A stretch of 63,956 nucleotides of DNA, counting the filler, from Raillietiella orientalis (taxonomy: Eukaryota), in NCBI GenBank assembly GCA_036172245.1. It is 3 parts of 3 records of this genome, joined end to end, with 100 filler letters (N's around TTAATTAATTAA, not from the genome) between each part and the next. Parts side by side here need not be neighbours in the genome. Positions count along the whole stretch, not along the records: positions 27,858 to 54,998 come from JAYWIR010000213.1; positions 55,099 to 63,956 come from JAYWIR010000287.1; 1 more part is not named here. One strand, 5' to 3'. A model generated the notes under the pieces. That model made no database searches, was not told the DNA's origin, and worked only from the letters and a program-made list of their open reading frames with translations. Shown piece by piece: positions 51,320-63,956 of the stretch. The position numbers and the translations under genes are program-made. The first letter of the stretch is position 1. Each line of letters starts with the position of its first letter.

Positions 51320-54300
51320 TTTCACCCGGATTTCGCCGGGACGTTTATTATGAAATAAACATTTACAAAGACATGCAGTGGCTGGACCATTGCTCCAGCC
51401 ACGCACGAAGAAACACAGAGCCTGCCGGATCACCGGTTTGCAGACCAGTACGGTCCACCATGGCAGCAGGGAGAAGGGGGAAAAACAAAAAAACAAAACA
51501 AAAAAAAGAAAAGAGATGTTGGGAGGGTAAGGGAAGGGATCACATTTGCTGGTGGGGCCGTTGCATCCATTGCAGGATGCCGGCAAGCTCCATCGGTATT
51601 CCTGGATCCAGGTGGGGCCATCGGGACGCCCTCCTCAAAAACTGGGAGGCTGGCTCGATGGCATTCAGGTCGTGTGGTCCTCCCGTAGCCTTGCTCCAGG
51701 CGGCTACGATCCCGCGAAGGCAGCACAGGGCTGCTAACAAGGCCGCTGGCCGAAGGGCGTCGGCAACGAAGAGGGCTTTAAGAACGTCCCTGGAATTGCC
51801 GAAGGGGAATCCGATAGCAGAAGCAAAGCGGAACCAAAGGGGCCGAAGGGCAACACAATCCACTAGCAGGTGGGGGAGGGACTCCCGTTCCCACACCTGA
51901 CGCAATTGGGGACCACTGCTCCCCAGGTCCAGTGGTGTCGGCGGGCGTTGCAAGGGAGTCCCCAGTGCTGCAACAGGAATGCCGAATCCTGCCATTTTAA
52001 GGAAAGGGTGGAGGTGTTCATTAGAACCGGGGCCCACTTCAAACGTTCAATGGGAACGTCGAGCAGCGCGCCCCAGCGTAGAAGTCCATTGGGAGGCGTA
52101 CTCGCGGTCGCAGCGTATGTTAACTGGCCCGTCTTCCACTCTCCTATCTTGTTCTCCTTTCCGGAGATTGTTACTTTAAACTCCCACTTCGCCGCAACAT
52201 CGCTGTCCAGATCTTCCATCAGGGAGGGCAGCGTAGCAGCGAGGAAGGTTCTTCCTGCCCACGCTCTCTTCTTTGGATCCTCCAGGTTCTCGCGGCGCGT
52301 GCAACTTCTGTAACCCCCAAACAGGAACCGTCGTTCCTGTTGAAAGCGTTGCATGCCGAACTGTCCCCACGTTCGATCCGTTTCCAGCAACCAGGCACTA
52401 CCGTTCCAAGGGACACAGGTGACCAATCCTGGGTATTATAGTGACAGCTCAGCCTCCCAACGCAGCTGAAGTCCGCATCGGTTAACGCGGCGACGGAGTG
52501 CAAGAAACGACGACAGTCCCGTCTTGCCGGTGGCTTGCTGGAGAAGGAGACGTGCAGGGACGCACAAACAGGTGAACCACAACTCTGGAACGAGTGCCGA
52601 CAAGCGTAACTGAAGCTGAAGCTCCAGCCGCTCCAGCGTCAGGAGGCCCAGACCACCATCCCGACGAGGAGCGCACAAGTCCTTTAAGCGGACTCGGGCC
52701 CTCCCGTTGCCCAAAAGGGCGATACGGAGGAAGTCCTTTGTCCGCTTTTTAATTCTCTCTGTGAGGGGCAAACAAAATGCAAGGAACGGAAAAGAGGAGC
52801 AGCGAACGTGTTCAAAACCGCGGCCCGTTCAGGCAGGAAAAACCTGCCGCCTCGGAACGGGAAAATCGCCGTCTCTACTTTTTGGAGGCAGCCAGACCAC
52901 GCTTCCGCAGGGGAGTGGTCCCCCAACGGCACACCAAGGGACTTGAAGTGCCTCACCGTGGGGATCCCCAAACGGACCCAGTACTGCTGCCCTGCCCACG
53001 CCGCACCAACTGACATCACGGACGACTTCGCCCTGTTCACCGTAAGTCCGGTTCCCCGATGCAGCAAGTCGAAGAACTCCTCGACCGCCGCAGCCGGAGT
53101 GGACATAGAGAACAGCAGCAGAAGGTCGTCCGCGTATGCTGAAACGGCCGGCGTCCCGGCACAGTCGTGCGGCAGGTGCGCCAGAGTTCCCCTGTACGCT
53201 CTCAGTACCAGCTCAAAGTAGGTACTGAAGAGCAAGTGGCTCAGGCTGTATCCCTGCCGGATCCCACGCCGCACCGGCATGCCGTGCACGGTGTGCCCGC
53301 AGAAGGTAACATTGATGAGCGCGTCGCGCTAGCAGGAGCGCAAATAGACCACTAATGAGGCTGGGAAGCCCATGCGTTCCAGAAGCTCCAGAAGGAGATT
53401 CTGGTCGACGCAATCGAATGCTTTCCGCAAGTCGATTGCGACCGCAAAGGCTCCCTCCCCCACCCGACCATTTAACCCCCTGCCGGCGCACGCACCGGAA
53501 TTCCGGATGCGCACCAAGCTCCTTTCATGTTAGAGCTCTAGCCAGGTGGAAGCGTGGAGCAGGTTCGCCTCCATGCTTCCCCCGGGAACAGCATATATCT
53601 GTACCGGGCAGATGAAGATGTTGGAAACCCGTCACAGACGCTCTGCCCAAACCTTAGCCAGCAGCCTGGCGTCCGCATTCACTATTGTGATAAGACGCCA
53701 GTTGTTCATGCTCCTCAGATCTCCTCTTTTAGGGAGGAGCCGCACCTTTGCCGAAGGAAACGAGGAGGGAACGTCACCTGTTTCGCGTATCAGCAAGGTG
53801 AGTTGCTGTACCAGGGGGGTAAGCTACGCCGCAAAAGTTCGATAAAACTTCGCGGGCACGCCGTCCTCCCCTGGAGCCTTTTGCCTCTTGAGCTTTCCGA
53901 TGGACGAGAGGATGTCGTCCATCATAAAAGTCTCGTCGAGGGTCATTCTCTGCTTCTCCCCGATCGTTGGAGCGCCTTCCGGAAGCAAGAGTCGTGAGAC
54001 GTTCCTCTCCGGAGGTGCCCTGGCATACAGGGAGGAGTAGTAACTTCGCAGCAAACCGCGGATTTGGGCAGGTGCCGAGTGCTCCTGGCCCCGATCGTCC
54101 AGTAAGCTGGCCGATCCGGACTACCAGGCTTGCCTTTCGGCTCCCGCTTCGTATTCTGCCAGCCTGCGGATGTCGGGCGTCCTGGCGTGACGACGGGCCT
54201 GCAGGAAGGCTCGTTCGTTACGGACCCCGTTCCCAAAACCCGTAGGTAAGCAGAGCAGAGGGAATTGGTCGCAGAACTCCTGGACTGACCGCTTGAAGCG

Positions 54301-54998
54301 GTCCCAATCCTGGAGTGTCCGCAGCCTGAAGCTCCGTATTAACGTGCGGAGATGTTCCGCCGCGTCCGGCAGCTTCAGCCAGTCCCCTGGGAGACGCCAC
54401 GCTGACAAGGGTATGCCCCTGTCGAGCGGATAGATCTCGAGGACTATCGGGCGTTGTTCGGATAGCTCGCAAGGTAACTTGCCACGCCTGCCCACGCAAG
54501 GGCACAGGTGCTCGTCAAGAAACACGTGGTCAATGCTGTCTTTCATCCCCGGTGCACTGGCCAACAAATTACAGGTGTGCACCGCCATGCGCACCTCGTT
54601 GACCAGGTCACGCTCGCGATTCTGCCCATCTGGTTTCAGGCTAACGTTGAAATCGCCTGCAAGCAGATGCGCATTCCGCACGCCTGCTTCGGTCAGCCAG
54701 TCTCGCCGGAGGGCAAGGAAAAACTCTTTCCTCGCCCTTCTGTTCATCAGGTCCGCGCCGCTCGGTGCGTACACGTTCGTGACGATCAGATCGATCGAGT
54801 CGGTCCACCTGAGAGTCAGCTGGACGACACGACCGTGATCGTCGAACCGCACGCCCTGAGCCGCGGCCTCGACGTCTTGCCGAAGCAGGTAGGCGTCACC
54901 GCAACTTTTCACTCTCCCACACCTGTACCATAGCCGCCCTACGGAGATCCGTTCGAACTCATGCGCTTGTTCTGCAGAGATTACGTGGATCTCCTGTA
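51320..54998 (-). mobile_element. Family Z1 copy b: nearly complete disrupted ORF2 and 3' UTR (cut at contig edge; inserted in V)
   Basis: QEIH, TNVYAP, AGDFN, SIDHVF, DLRKAFD, RQGYSLS, YADD (53136-53125), CVRC; stop at 51540, AATAAA at 51349-51344. Confidence 0.93.
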
Positions 54999-55098
54999 NN
55001 NNNNNNNNNNNNNNNNNNNNNNNNNNNNNNNNNNNNNNNNNNTTAATTAATTAANNNNNNNNNNNNNNNNNNNNNNNNNNNNNNNNNNNNNNNNNNNN
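54999..55098. other. Artificial contig-joining spacer N44-TTAATTAATTAA-N44
   Basis: Identical to the spacer at 27758-27857. Confidence 0.98.
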
Positions 55099-58000
55099 CT
55101 TTCTAATTGCGACACTGGTGACCATGAAAACGAAACAGAGTCCAAACTGCCCCACCCTAAGGAAAGGACGCACTCATCTCAATGTTCTTCTGAACCCAGT
55201 CAACTGGACGTATGTGCGGCTATCCATGACGCTAATTTGCAACTCACTGCAAATGGACGCTTCGGGGAGAGGCGCAAAGGTGCAAGGGTGTCATCTGCTG
55301 ATTTCGAATTCATTACAAACCCTTAAATGTCCAAATTCGGTCCATATAATAAATCAAATGGAAAGAATACCTTCCCTTTCTAATTGCGACACTGGTGACC
55401 ATGAAAACGAAACAGAGTCCAAACTGCCCCACCCTAAGGAAAGGACGCACTCATCTCAATGTTCTTCTGAACCCAGTCAACTGGACGTATGTGCGGCTAT
55501 CCATGACGCTAATTTGCAACTCACTGCAAATGGACGCTTCGATTAGAGGCTCAAAAGTGCAAAGGGGTCATCTGCTGATTTCGAATTGATTACAAACCCT
55601 TAAACGTCCAAATTCGGTCCATATAATGAATCAAAGTGAAGGAAAACCTTCCCTTTCTGATTCCGACACTGGTGACCATGAAAACGAAACAGACACCAAA
55701 GTGCCCCACCCTAAGGAAAGCACGCACTCATCTCAATGTTCTTCTGAACCCAGTCAACTGGACGTATGTGCGGCTATCCATGACGCTAATTTGCAACTCA
55801 CTGCAAATGGACGCTTCGGTTAGAGGCTCAAAAGTGCAAAGGGGTCATCTGCTGATTTCGAATTGATTACAAACCCTTAAACGTCCAAATTCGGTCCATA
55901 TAATGAATCAAAGTGAAGGAAAACCTTCCCTTTCTGATTCCGACACTGGTAACCATGAAAACGAAACAGAGACCAAAGTGCCCCACCCTAAGGAAAGCAC
56001 GCACTCATCTCAATGTTCTTCTGAACCCAGTCAACTGGACGTATGTGCGGGTATCCATGACGGTAATTTTCAACTCACTGCAAATGGACGCTTCAAGGGG
56101 AGGCGCAAAAGTGCAAAGGTGTCATCTGCTGATATCGAATTGATAAAAACCCTTAAACGTCCAAATTCGGTCCACATAATGAATCAAAGTGAAGAAAAAC
56201 CTTCCCTTTCTAATTCCGACACTGGTACCCATGAAAACGAAACAGAGACCAAAGTGCCCCACCCTAAGGAAAGGACGCGCTCATCTCAATGTTCTTCTGA
56301 AGCCAGTCAAATGTACGTATGTGCAGCTATCCATGCCACGAGTTTGCCACTCGCTGCACATGGACGCTTCGGGGAGAGGAGCAAAAGTTCAAAGGTGTCA
56401 TCTACTGATTTCGAGTTGATTACAAACCCTTAAACGTCCAACTTCGGTCCACATTATGAATCAAAGTGAAGAAAAACCTTCTCTTTCTAATTCCGACACT
56501 GGTAACCATGAAAACGAAACAGAGACCAAAGTGCCCTACCCTAAGGAAAGGACGCACTCATCTCAATATTCTTCTGAACCCAGTCAAATGGACGTATGTG
56601 CAGCTATCCATGCCACGAATTTCCCGCTCGCTGCAAATCGACGCTTCGAGGGGAGGCCCAAAAGTGCAAAGATGTCATGTGCTGATTTCGAATTGATTAC
56701 AAACCCTTAAATGTCCAAATTCGGTCCATATGATGAATCAAAGTGAAGGAAAACCTTCCCTTTCTGATTCCGACACTGGTGACCATGAAAACGAAACAGA
56801 GTCCAAAGTGCCCCACCCTAAGGAAAGGACGCACTCATCTCAATGTTCTTCTGAACCCAGTCAAATGGACGTATGTGCAGCTATCCATGCCACGAATTTC
56901 CCGCTCGCTGCAAATGGACGCTTCGGGGAGAGGCGCAAAAGTGCAAAGGTGTCATCTGCTGATTTCGAATTGATTACAAACCTTCAAACGTCCAAATTCG
57001 GTCCACATAATGAATCAAATTTACGGAAAACATTCCCTTTCTAATTCCGACACTGGTAGCCATGAAAACGAAACAGAGTCCAAAGTGCCCCACCCTAAGG
57101 AAAGGACGCACTCATCTCAATGTTCTTCTGAACCCAGTCAAATGGACGTATGTGCAGCTATCCATGCCACGAATTTCCCGCTCGCTGCAAATGGACGCTT
57201 CGGGGAGAGGCGCAAAAGTGCAAAGGTGTCATCTGCTGATTTCGAATTGATTACAAACCTTCAAACGTCCAAATTCGGTCCACATAATGAATCAAATTTA
57301 CGGAAAACATTCCCTTTCTAATTCCGACACTGGTAGCCATGAAAACGAAACAGAGACCAAAGTGCCCCACCCTAAGGAAAGGACGCGCTCATCTCAATGT
57401 TCTTCTGAAGCCAGTCAAATGTACGTATGTGCAGCTATCCATGCCACGAATTTCCCGCTCGCTGCAAATGGACGCTTCGGGGAGAGGCGCAAAAGTGCAA
57501 AGGTGTCATCTGCTGATTTCGAATTGATTACAAACCTTCAAACGTCCAAATTCGGTCCACATAATGAATCAAATTTACGGAAAACCTTCTCTTTCTAATT
57601 CCGACACTGGTAACCATGAAAACGAAACAGAGTCCAAAGTGCCCTACCCTAAGGAAAGGACGCACTCATCTCAATATTCTTCTGAACCCAGTCAAATGGA
57701 CGTATGTGCAGCTATCCATGCCACGAATTTCCCGCTCGCTGCAAATCGACGCTTCGAGGGGAGGCCCAAAAGTGCAAAGATGTCATGTGCTGATTTCGAA
57801 TTGTTTACAAACCCTTAAATGTCCAAATTCGGTCCATATGATGAATCAAAGTGAAGGAAAACCTTCCCTTTCTGATTCCGACACTGGTGACCATGAAAAC
57901 GAAACAGAGTCCAAAGTCCCCACCCTAAGGAAAGGACGCACTCATCTCAATGTTCTTCTGAATCCAGTCAAATGGACGTTTGTGCGGGTATCTATGACGG

Positions 58001-61000
58001 TAATTTTCAACTCACTGCAAATGGACGCTTCGTTGAGAGGCACAAAAGTGCAACGGTGTCATCTGCTGATTTCGAATTAATTACAAACCCTTGAACCTCC
58101 AAATTCGGTAAACATAATGAATCAAATTTACGGAAAACATTCCCTTTCTAATTCCGACACTGGTAGCCATGAAAACGAAACAGAGACCAAAGTGCCCCAC
58201 CCTAAGCAAAGGACGCACTCATCTCAATGTTCTTCTGAATCCAGTCAAATGGAAGTTTGTGCGGGTATCCATGACGGTAATTTTCAACTCACTGCAAATG
58301 GACGCTTCAGGGGGAGGCGCAAAAGTGCAAAGGTGTCATCTGCTGATATCGAATTGATAAAAACCCTTAAACGTCCAAATTCGGTCCACATAATGAATCA
58401 AAGTGAAGAAAAACCTTCCCTTTCTAATTCCGACACTGGTACCCATGAAAACGAAACAGAGACCAAAGTGCCCCACCCTAAGGAAAGGACGCGCTCATCT
58501 CAATGTTCTTCTGAAGCCAGTCAAATGTACGTATGTGCAGCTATCCATGCCACGAGTTTGCCACTCGCTGCACATGGACGCTTCGGGGAGAGGAGCAAAA
58601 GTTCAAAGGTGTCATCTACTGATTTCGAGTTGATTACAAACCCTTAAACGTCCAACTTCGGTCCACATTATGAATCAAAGTGAAGAAAAACCTTCTCTTT
58701 CTAATTCCGACACTGGTAACCATGAAAACGAAACAGAGACCAAAGTGCCCTACCCTAAGGAAAGGACGCACTCATCTCAATATTCTTCTGAACCCAGTCA
58801 AATGGACGTATGTGCAGCTATCCATGCCACGAATTTCCCGCTCGCTGCAAATGGACGCTTCGAGGGGAGGCCCAAAAGTGCAAAGATGTCATGTGCTGAT
58901 TTCGAATTGATTACAAACCCTTAAATGTCCAAATTCGGTCCATATGATGAATCAAAGTGAAGGAAAACCTTCCCTTTCTGATTCCGACACTGGTGACCAT
59001 GAAAACGAAACAGAGTCCAAAGTGCCCCACCCTAAGGAAAGGACGCACTCATCTCAATGTTCTTCTGAACCCAGTCAAATGGACGTATGTGCAGCTATCC
59101 ATGCCACGAATTTCCCGCTCGCTGCAAACGGACGCTTCGGGGAGAGGCGCAAAAGTGCAAAGGTGTCATCTGCTGATTTCGAATTGATTACAAACCCTTA
59201 AATGTCCAAATTCGGTCCATATGATGAATCAAATTTACGGAAAACATTCCCTTTCTAATTCCGACACTGGTAGCCATGAAAACGAAACAGAGACCAAAGT
59301 GTCCCACCCTAAGCAAAGGACGCACTCATCTCAATGTTCTTCTGAACCCAGTCAAATGGACGTATGTGCAGCTATCCATGCCACGAATTTCCCGTTCGCT
59401 GCAAATGCACGCTTCGGGGAGAGGCGCAAAAGTGCAAAGGTGTCATCTGCTGATTTCGAATTGATTACAAACCTTCAAAAGTCCAAATTCGGTCCACATA
59501 ATGAATCAAATTTACGGAAAACATTCCCTTTCTAATTCCGACACTGGTAGCCATGAAAACGAAACAGAGACCAAAGTGCCCCACCCTAAGCAAAGGACGC
59601 ACTCATCTCAATGTTCTTCTGAATCCAGTCAAATGGAAGTTTGTGCGGGTATCCATGACGCTAATTTGCAACTCACTGCAAATGGACGCTTCGGGGAGAG
59701 GCGCAAAGGTGCAAGGGTGTCATCTGCTGATTTCGAATTCATTACAAACCCTTAAAAGTCCAAATTCGGTCCATATAATGAATCAAATTTACGGAAAACA
59801 TTCCCTTTCTAATTCCGACACTGGTGACCATGAAAACGAAACAGAGTCGAAAGTGCCCCACCCTAAGGAAATCACGCACTCATCTCAATGTTCTTCTGAA
59901 CCCAGTCAACTGGACGTATGTGCGGCTATCCATGACGCTAATTTGCAACTCACTGCAAATGGACGCTTCGGTTAGAGGCTCAAAAGTGCAAAGGGGTCAT
60001 CTGCTGATTTCGAATTGATTACAAACCCTTAAACGTCCAAATTCGGTCCATATAATGAATCAAAGTGAAGGAAAACCTTCCCTTTCTGATTCCGACACTG
60101 GTGACCATGAAAACGAAACAGAGACCAAAGTGCCCCACCCTAAGGAAAGGACGCACTCATCTCAATGTTCTTCTGAACCCAGTCAAATGGACGTATGTGC
60201 AGCTATCCATGCCACGAGTTTGCCGCTCGCTGCACATGGACGCTTCGGAGAGAGGCGCAAAAGTGCAAAGGTGTCATCTGCTGATTTCGAATTGATTACA
60301 AACCTTTAAACGTCCAAATTCGGTCCACATAATGAATCAAATTTACGGAAAACATTCCCTTTCTAATTCCGACACTGGTAGCCATGAAAACGAAACAGAG
60401 ACCAAAGTGCCCCACCCTAAGGAAAGGACGCACTCATCTCAATGTTCTTCTGAATCCAGTCAAATGGACGTTTGTGCGGGTATCCATGACGCTAATTTGC
60501 AACTCACTGCAAATGGACGCTTCGGGGAGAGGCGCAAAGGTGCAAGGGTGTCATCTGCTGATTTCGAATTCATTACAAACCCTTAAATGTCCAAATTCGG
60601 TCCATATAATGAATCAAATTGAAAGAATACCTTCCCTTTCTAATTGCGACACTGGTGACCATGAAAACGAAACAGAGTCCAAACTGCCCCACCCTAAGGA
60701 AAGCACGCACTCATCTCAGTGTTCTTCTGAACGCAGTCAACTGGACGTATGTGCGGCTATCCATGACGCTAATTTGCAACTCACTGCAAATGGACGCTTC
60801 GGTTAGAGGCTCAAAAGTGCAAAGGGGTCATCTGCTGATTTCGAATTGATTACAAACCCTTAAACGTCCAAATTCGGTCCACATAATGAATCAAATTGAC
60901 GGAAAGCATTCCCTTTCTAATTCCCACACTGGTAACCATGAAAACGAAACAGAGTCCAAAGTGCCCCACCCTAAGGAAAGGACGCACTCATCTCAATGTT

Positions 61001-63956
61001 CTTCTGAATCCAGTCAAATGCACGTATGTGCAGCTATCCATGCCACGAATTTCCCGCTCGCTGCAAATGGACGCTTCGGGGAGAGGCGCAAAAGTGCAAA
61101 GGTGTCATCTGCTGATTTCGAATTGATTACAAACCTTCAAACGTCCAAATTCGGTCCACATAATGAATCAAATTTACGGAAAACATTCCCTTTCTAATTC
61201 CGACACTGGTAGCCATGAAAACGAAACAGAGACCAAAGTGCCCCACCCTAAGGAAAGGACGCGCTCATCTCAATGTTCTTCTGAAGCCAGTCAAATGTAC
61301 GTATGTGCAGCTATCCATGCCACGAATTTCCCGCTCGCTGCAAATGGACGCTTCGGGGAGAGGCGCAAAAGTGCAAAGGTGTCATCTGCTGATTTCGAAT
61401 TGATTACAAACCTTCAAACGTCCAAATTCGGTCCACATAATGAATCAAATTTACGGAAAACCTTCTCTTTCTAATTCCGACACTGGTAGCCATGAAAACG
61501 AAACAGAGACCAAAGTGCCCCACCCTAAGCAAAGGACGCACTCATCTCAATGTTCTTCTGAACCCAGTCAAATGGACGTATGTGCAGCTATCCATGCCAC
61601 GAATTTGCCGTTCCCTGCAAATGGACGCTTCGGGGAGAGGCGCAAAAGTGCAAAGATGTCATGTGCTGATTTCGAATTGATTACAAACCCTTAAACGTCC
61701 AAATTCGGTCCATGTAATGAATCAAAGTGAAGGAAAACCTTCCCTTTCTGATTCCGACACTGGTGACCATGAAAACGAAACAGAGTCCAAAGTGCCCCAC
61801 CCTAAGGAAAGGACGCACTCATCTCAATTTTCTTCTGAACCCAGTCAAATGGACGTATGTGCAGCTATCCATGCCACGAATTTCCCGTTCGCTGCAAATG
61901 CACGCTTCGGGGAGAGGCGCAAAAGTGCAAAGGTGTCATCTGCTGATTTCGAATTGATTACAAACCTTCAAACGTCCAAATTCGGTCCACATAATGAATC
62001 AAATTTACGGAAAACATTCCCTTTCTAATTCCGACACTGGTAGCCATGAAAACGAAACAGAGACCAAAGTGCCCCACCCTAAGCAAAGGACGCACTCATC
62101 TCAATGTTCTTCTGAACCCAGTCAAATGTACGTATGTGCAGCTATCCATGCCACGAATTTCCCGTTCGCTGCAAATGCACGCTTCGGGGAGAGGCGCAAA
62201 AGTGCAAAGGTGTCATCTGCTGATTTCGAATTGATTACAAACCCTCAAACGTCCAAATTCGGTCCACATAATGAATCAAAGTTAAGGAAAACATTCCCTT
62301 TCTAATTCCGACACTGGTAACCATGAAAACGAAACAGAGACCAAAGTGCCCCACCCTAAGGAAAAGACGCACTCATCTCAATGTTCTTCTGAATCCAGTC
62401 AAATGGACGTTTGTGCGGCTATCCATGACGGGAATTTGCAACTCACTGCAAATGGACGCTTCGGGGAGAGGCGCAAAAGTGCAAAGGTGTCATCTGCTGA
62501 TTTCGAATTGATTACAAACCCTTAAACGTTCAAATTCGGACAACATAATGAATCAAAGTGAAGGAAAACATTCCCTTTCTAATTCCGACACTGGTAACCA
62601 TGAAAACGAAACAGAGTCCAAAGTGCCCCACCCTAAGGAAAAGACGCACTCATCTCAATGTTCTTCTGAACCCAGTCAAATGGACGTATGTGCAGCTATC
62701 CATGCCACGAATTTGCCGCTCGCTGCAAATGGACGCTTCGGGGAGAGGCGCAAAAGTGCAAAGGTGTCATCTGCTGATTTCGAATTGATTACAAACCCTC
62801 AAACGTCCAAATTCGGTCCACATAATGAATCAAATTTCGGAAAACATTCCCTTTCTAATTCCGACACTGGTAGCCATGAAAACGAAACAGAGTCCAAAGT
62901 GCCCCACCCTAAGGAAAGGACGCACTCATCTCAATGTTCTTCTGAACCCAGTCAAATGGACGTATGTGCAGCTATCCATGCCACGAATTTGCCGTTCCCT
63001 GCAAATGGACGCTTCGGGGAGAGGCGCAAAAGTGCAAATGTGTCATGTGCTGATTTCGAATAGATTACAAACCCTTAAACGTCCCAATTCGGTCCATATA
63101 ATGAATCAAAGTGAAGGAAAACCTTCCCTTTCTGATTCCGACACTGGTGACCATGAAAACGAAACAGAGTCCAAAGTGCCCCACCCTAAGGAAAGGACGC
63201 ACTCATCTCAAGGTTTTCTGAATCCAGTCAAATGGACGTATGTGCAGCTATCCATGCCACGAATTTGCCGTTCCCTGCAAATGGACGCTTCGGGGAGAGG
63301 CGCAAAAGTGCAAATGTGTCATGTGCTGATTTCGAATAGATTACAAACCCTTAAACGTCCCAATTCGGTCCATATAATGAATCAAAGTGAAGGAAAACCT
63401 TCCCTTTCTAATTCCGACACTGGTGACCATGAAAACGAAACAGAGACCAAAGTGCCCCACCCGAAGGAAAGGACGCACTCATCTCAAGGTTTTCTGAATC
63501 CAGTCAAATGGACGTATGTGCAGCTATCCATACCACGAATTTCCCGCTCGCTGCAAATGTACGCTTCGGGGAGAGGCGCAAAAGTGCAAAGCTGTCATCT
63601 GCTGATTTCGAATTGATTACAAACCCTTGAACCTCCAAATTCGGTAAACATAATGAATCAAATTGACGGAAAAAATTCCCTTTCTAATTCTGACACTGGT
63701 AACCATGAAAACGAAACAGAGTCCAAAGTGCCCCACCCTAAGGAAAGGACGCACTCATCTCAATGTTCTTCTGAATCCAGTCAAATGGAAGTTTGTGCGG
63801 GTATCCATGACGCTAATTTGCAACTCACTGCAAATGGACGCTTCGGGGAGAGGCGCAAAGGTGCAAGGGTGTCATCTGCTGATTTCGAATTCATTACAAA
63901 CCCTTAAATGTCCAAATTCGGTCCATATAATAAATCAAATGGAAAGAATACCTTCC
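55099..63956. repeat. Tandem satellite array B, 277-bp monomer (about 32 copies), homologous to array A
   Basis: Period 277 (55626, 55903; 57010, 57287, 57564); shares CTTTCTAATTCCGACACTGGT.ACCATGAAAAC, CTCACTGCAAATGGA, GAGGCGCAAAAGTGCAA and CTGATTTCGA.TTGATTACAAA with array A. Confidence 0.98.

Noticed and set aside
30980..54933. Many antisense or alternate-frame ORFs (e.g. 30980-31789, 41434-42534, 48603-49310)
   Set aside because: These are shadow ORFs of GC-rich retroelement coding sequence with no motifs of their own.
27858..54998. Prokaryotic RT system (retron, DGR, group II intron) or intact active element
   Set aside because: The APE-RT-Zn finger architecture with a CCHC ORF1 and AATAAA ends is that of eukaryotic LINEs, and every copy has stops or frameshifts.
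27758..55098. Retrotransposon island physically embedded between two satellite arrays; TTAATTAATTAA as a biological motif or TSD
   Set aside because: Both boundaries are identical artificial spacers, so adjacency, order and orientation of the three contigs are not established.
55118..63907. Repeated 62-104-aa plus-strand ORFs in satellite B
   Set aside because: Two overlapping frames are open by chance in a 277-bp unit, and the equivalent frames are interrupted by stops in satellite A.

Overview
This is eukaryotic repeat DNA with no supportable host genes, made of three contigs joined by artificial 100-bp spacers (N44-TTAATTAATTAA-N44 at 27758-27857 and 54999-55098). (1) 1-27757 is about 100 monomers of a 278-bp tandem satellite, with higher-order repeats and an abrupt subfamily switch near 15760. 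(2) 27858-54998 consists entirely of decayed L1/Tx1-like non-LTR retrotransposons (ORF1 with two CCHC knuckles; ORF2 with APE endonuclease, RT and a C-terminal Zn finger). (3) 55099-63956 is about 32 monomers of a homologous 277-bp satellite. The main result: the junctions of the 27-kb contig resolve into one nest of 10 elements from 4 families (my provisional labels X, Y, Z1, Z2). All 9 insertions are antisense to their host, and three families recur at a family-specific site in the coding sequence of related elements: Z1 right after the RT KAFD codons, Y at the APE AQEI codons, and X at one point in Y ORF1. The elements lack poly(A) tails and end in a hairpin a fixed distance after AATAAA. 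All alignments were done by eye, so boundaries are accurate to a few bp and novelty is unverified.
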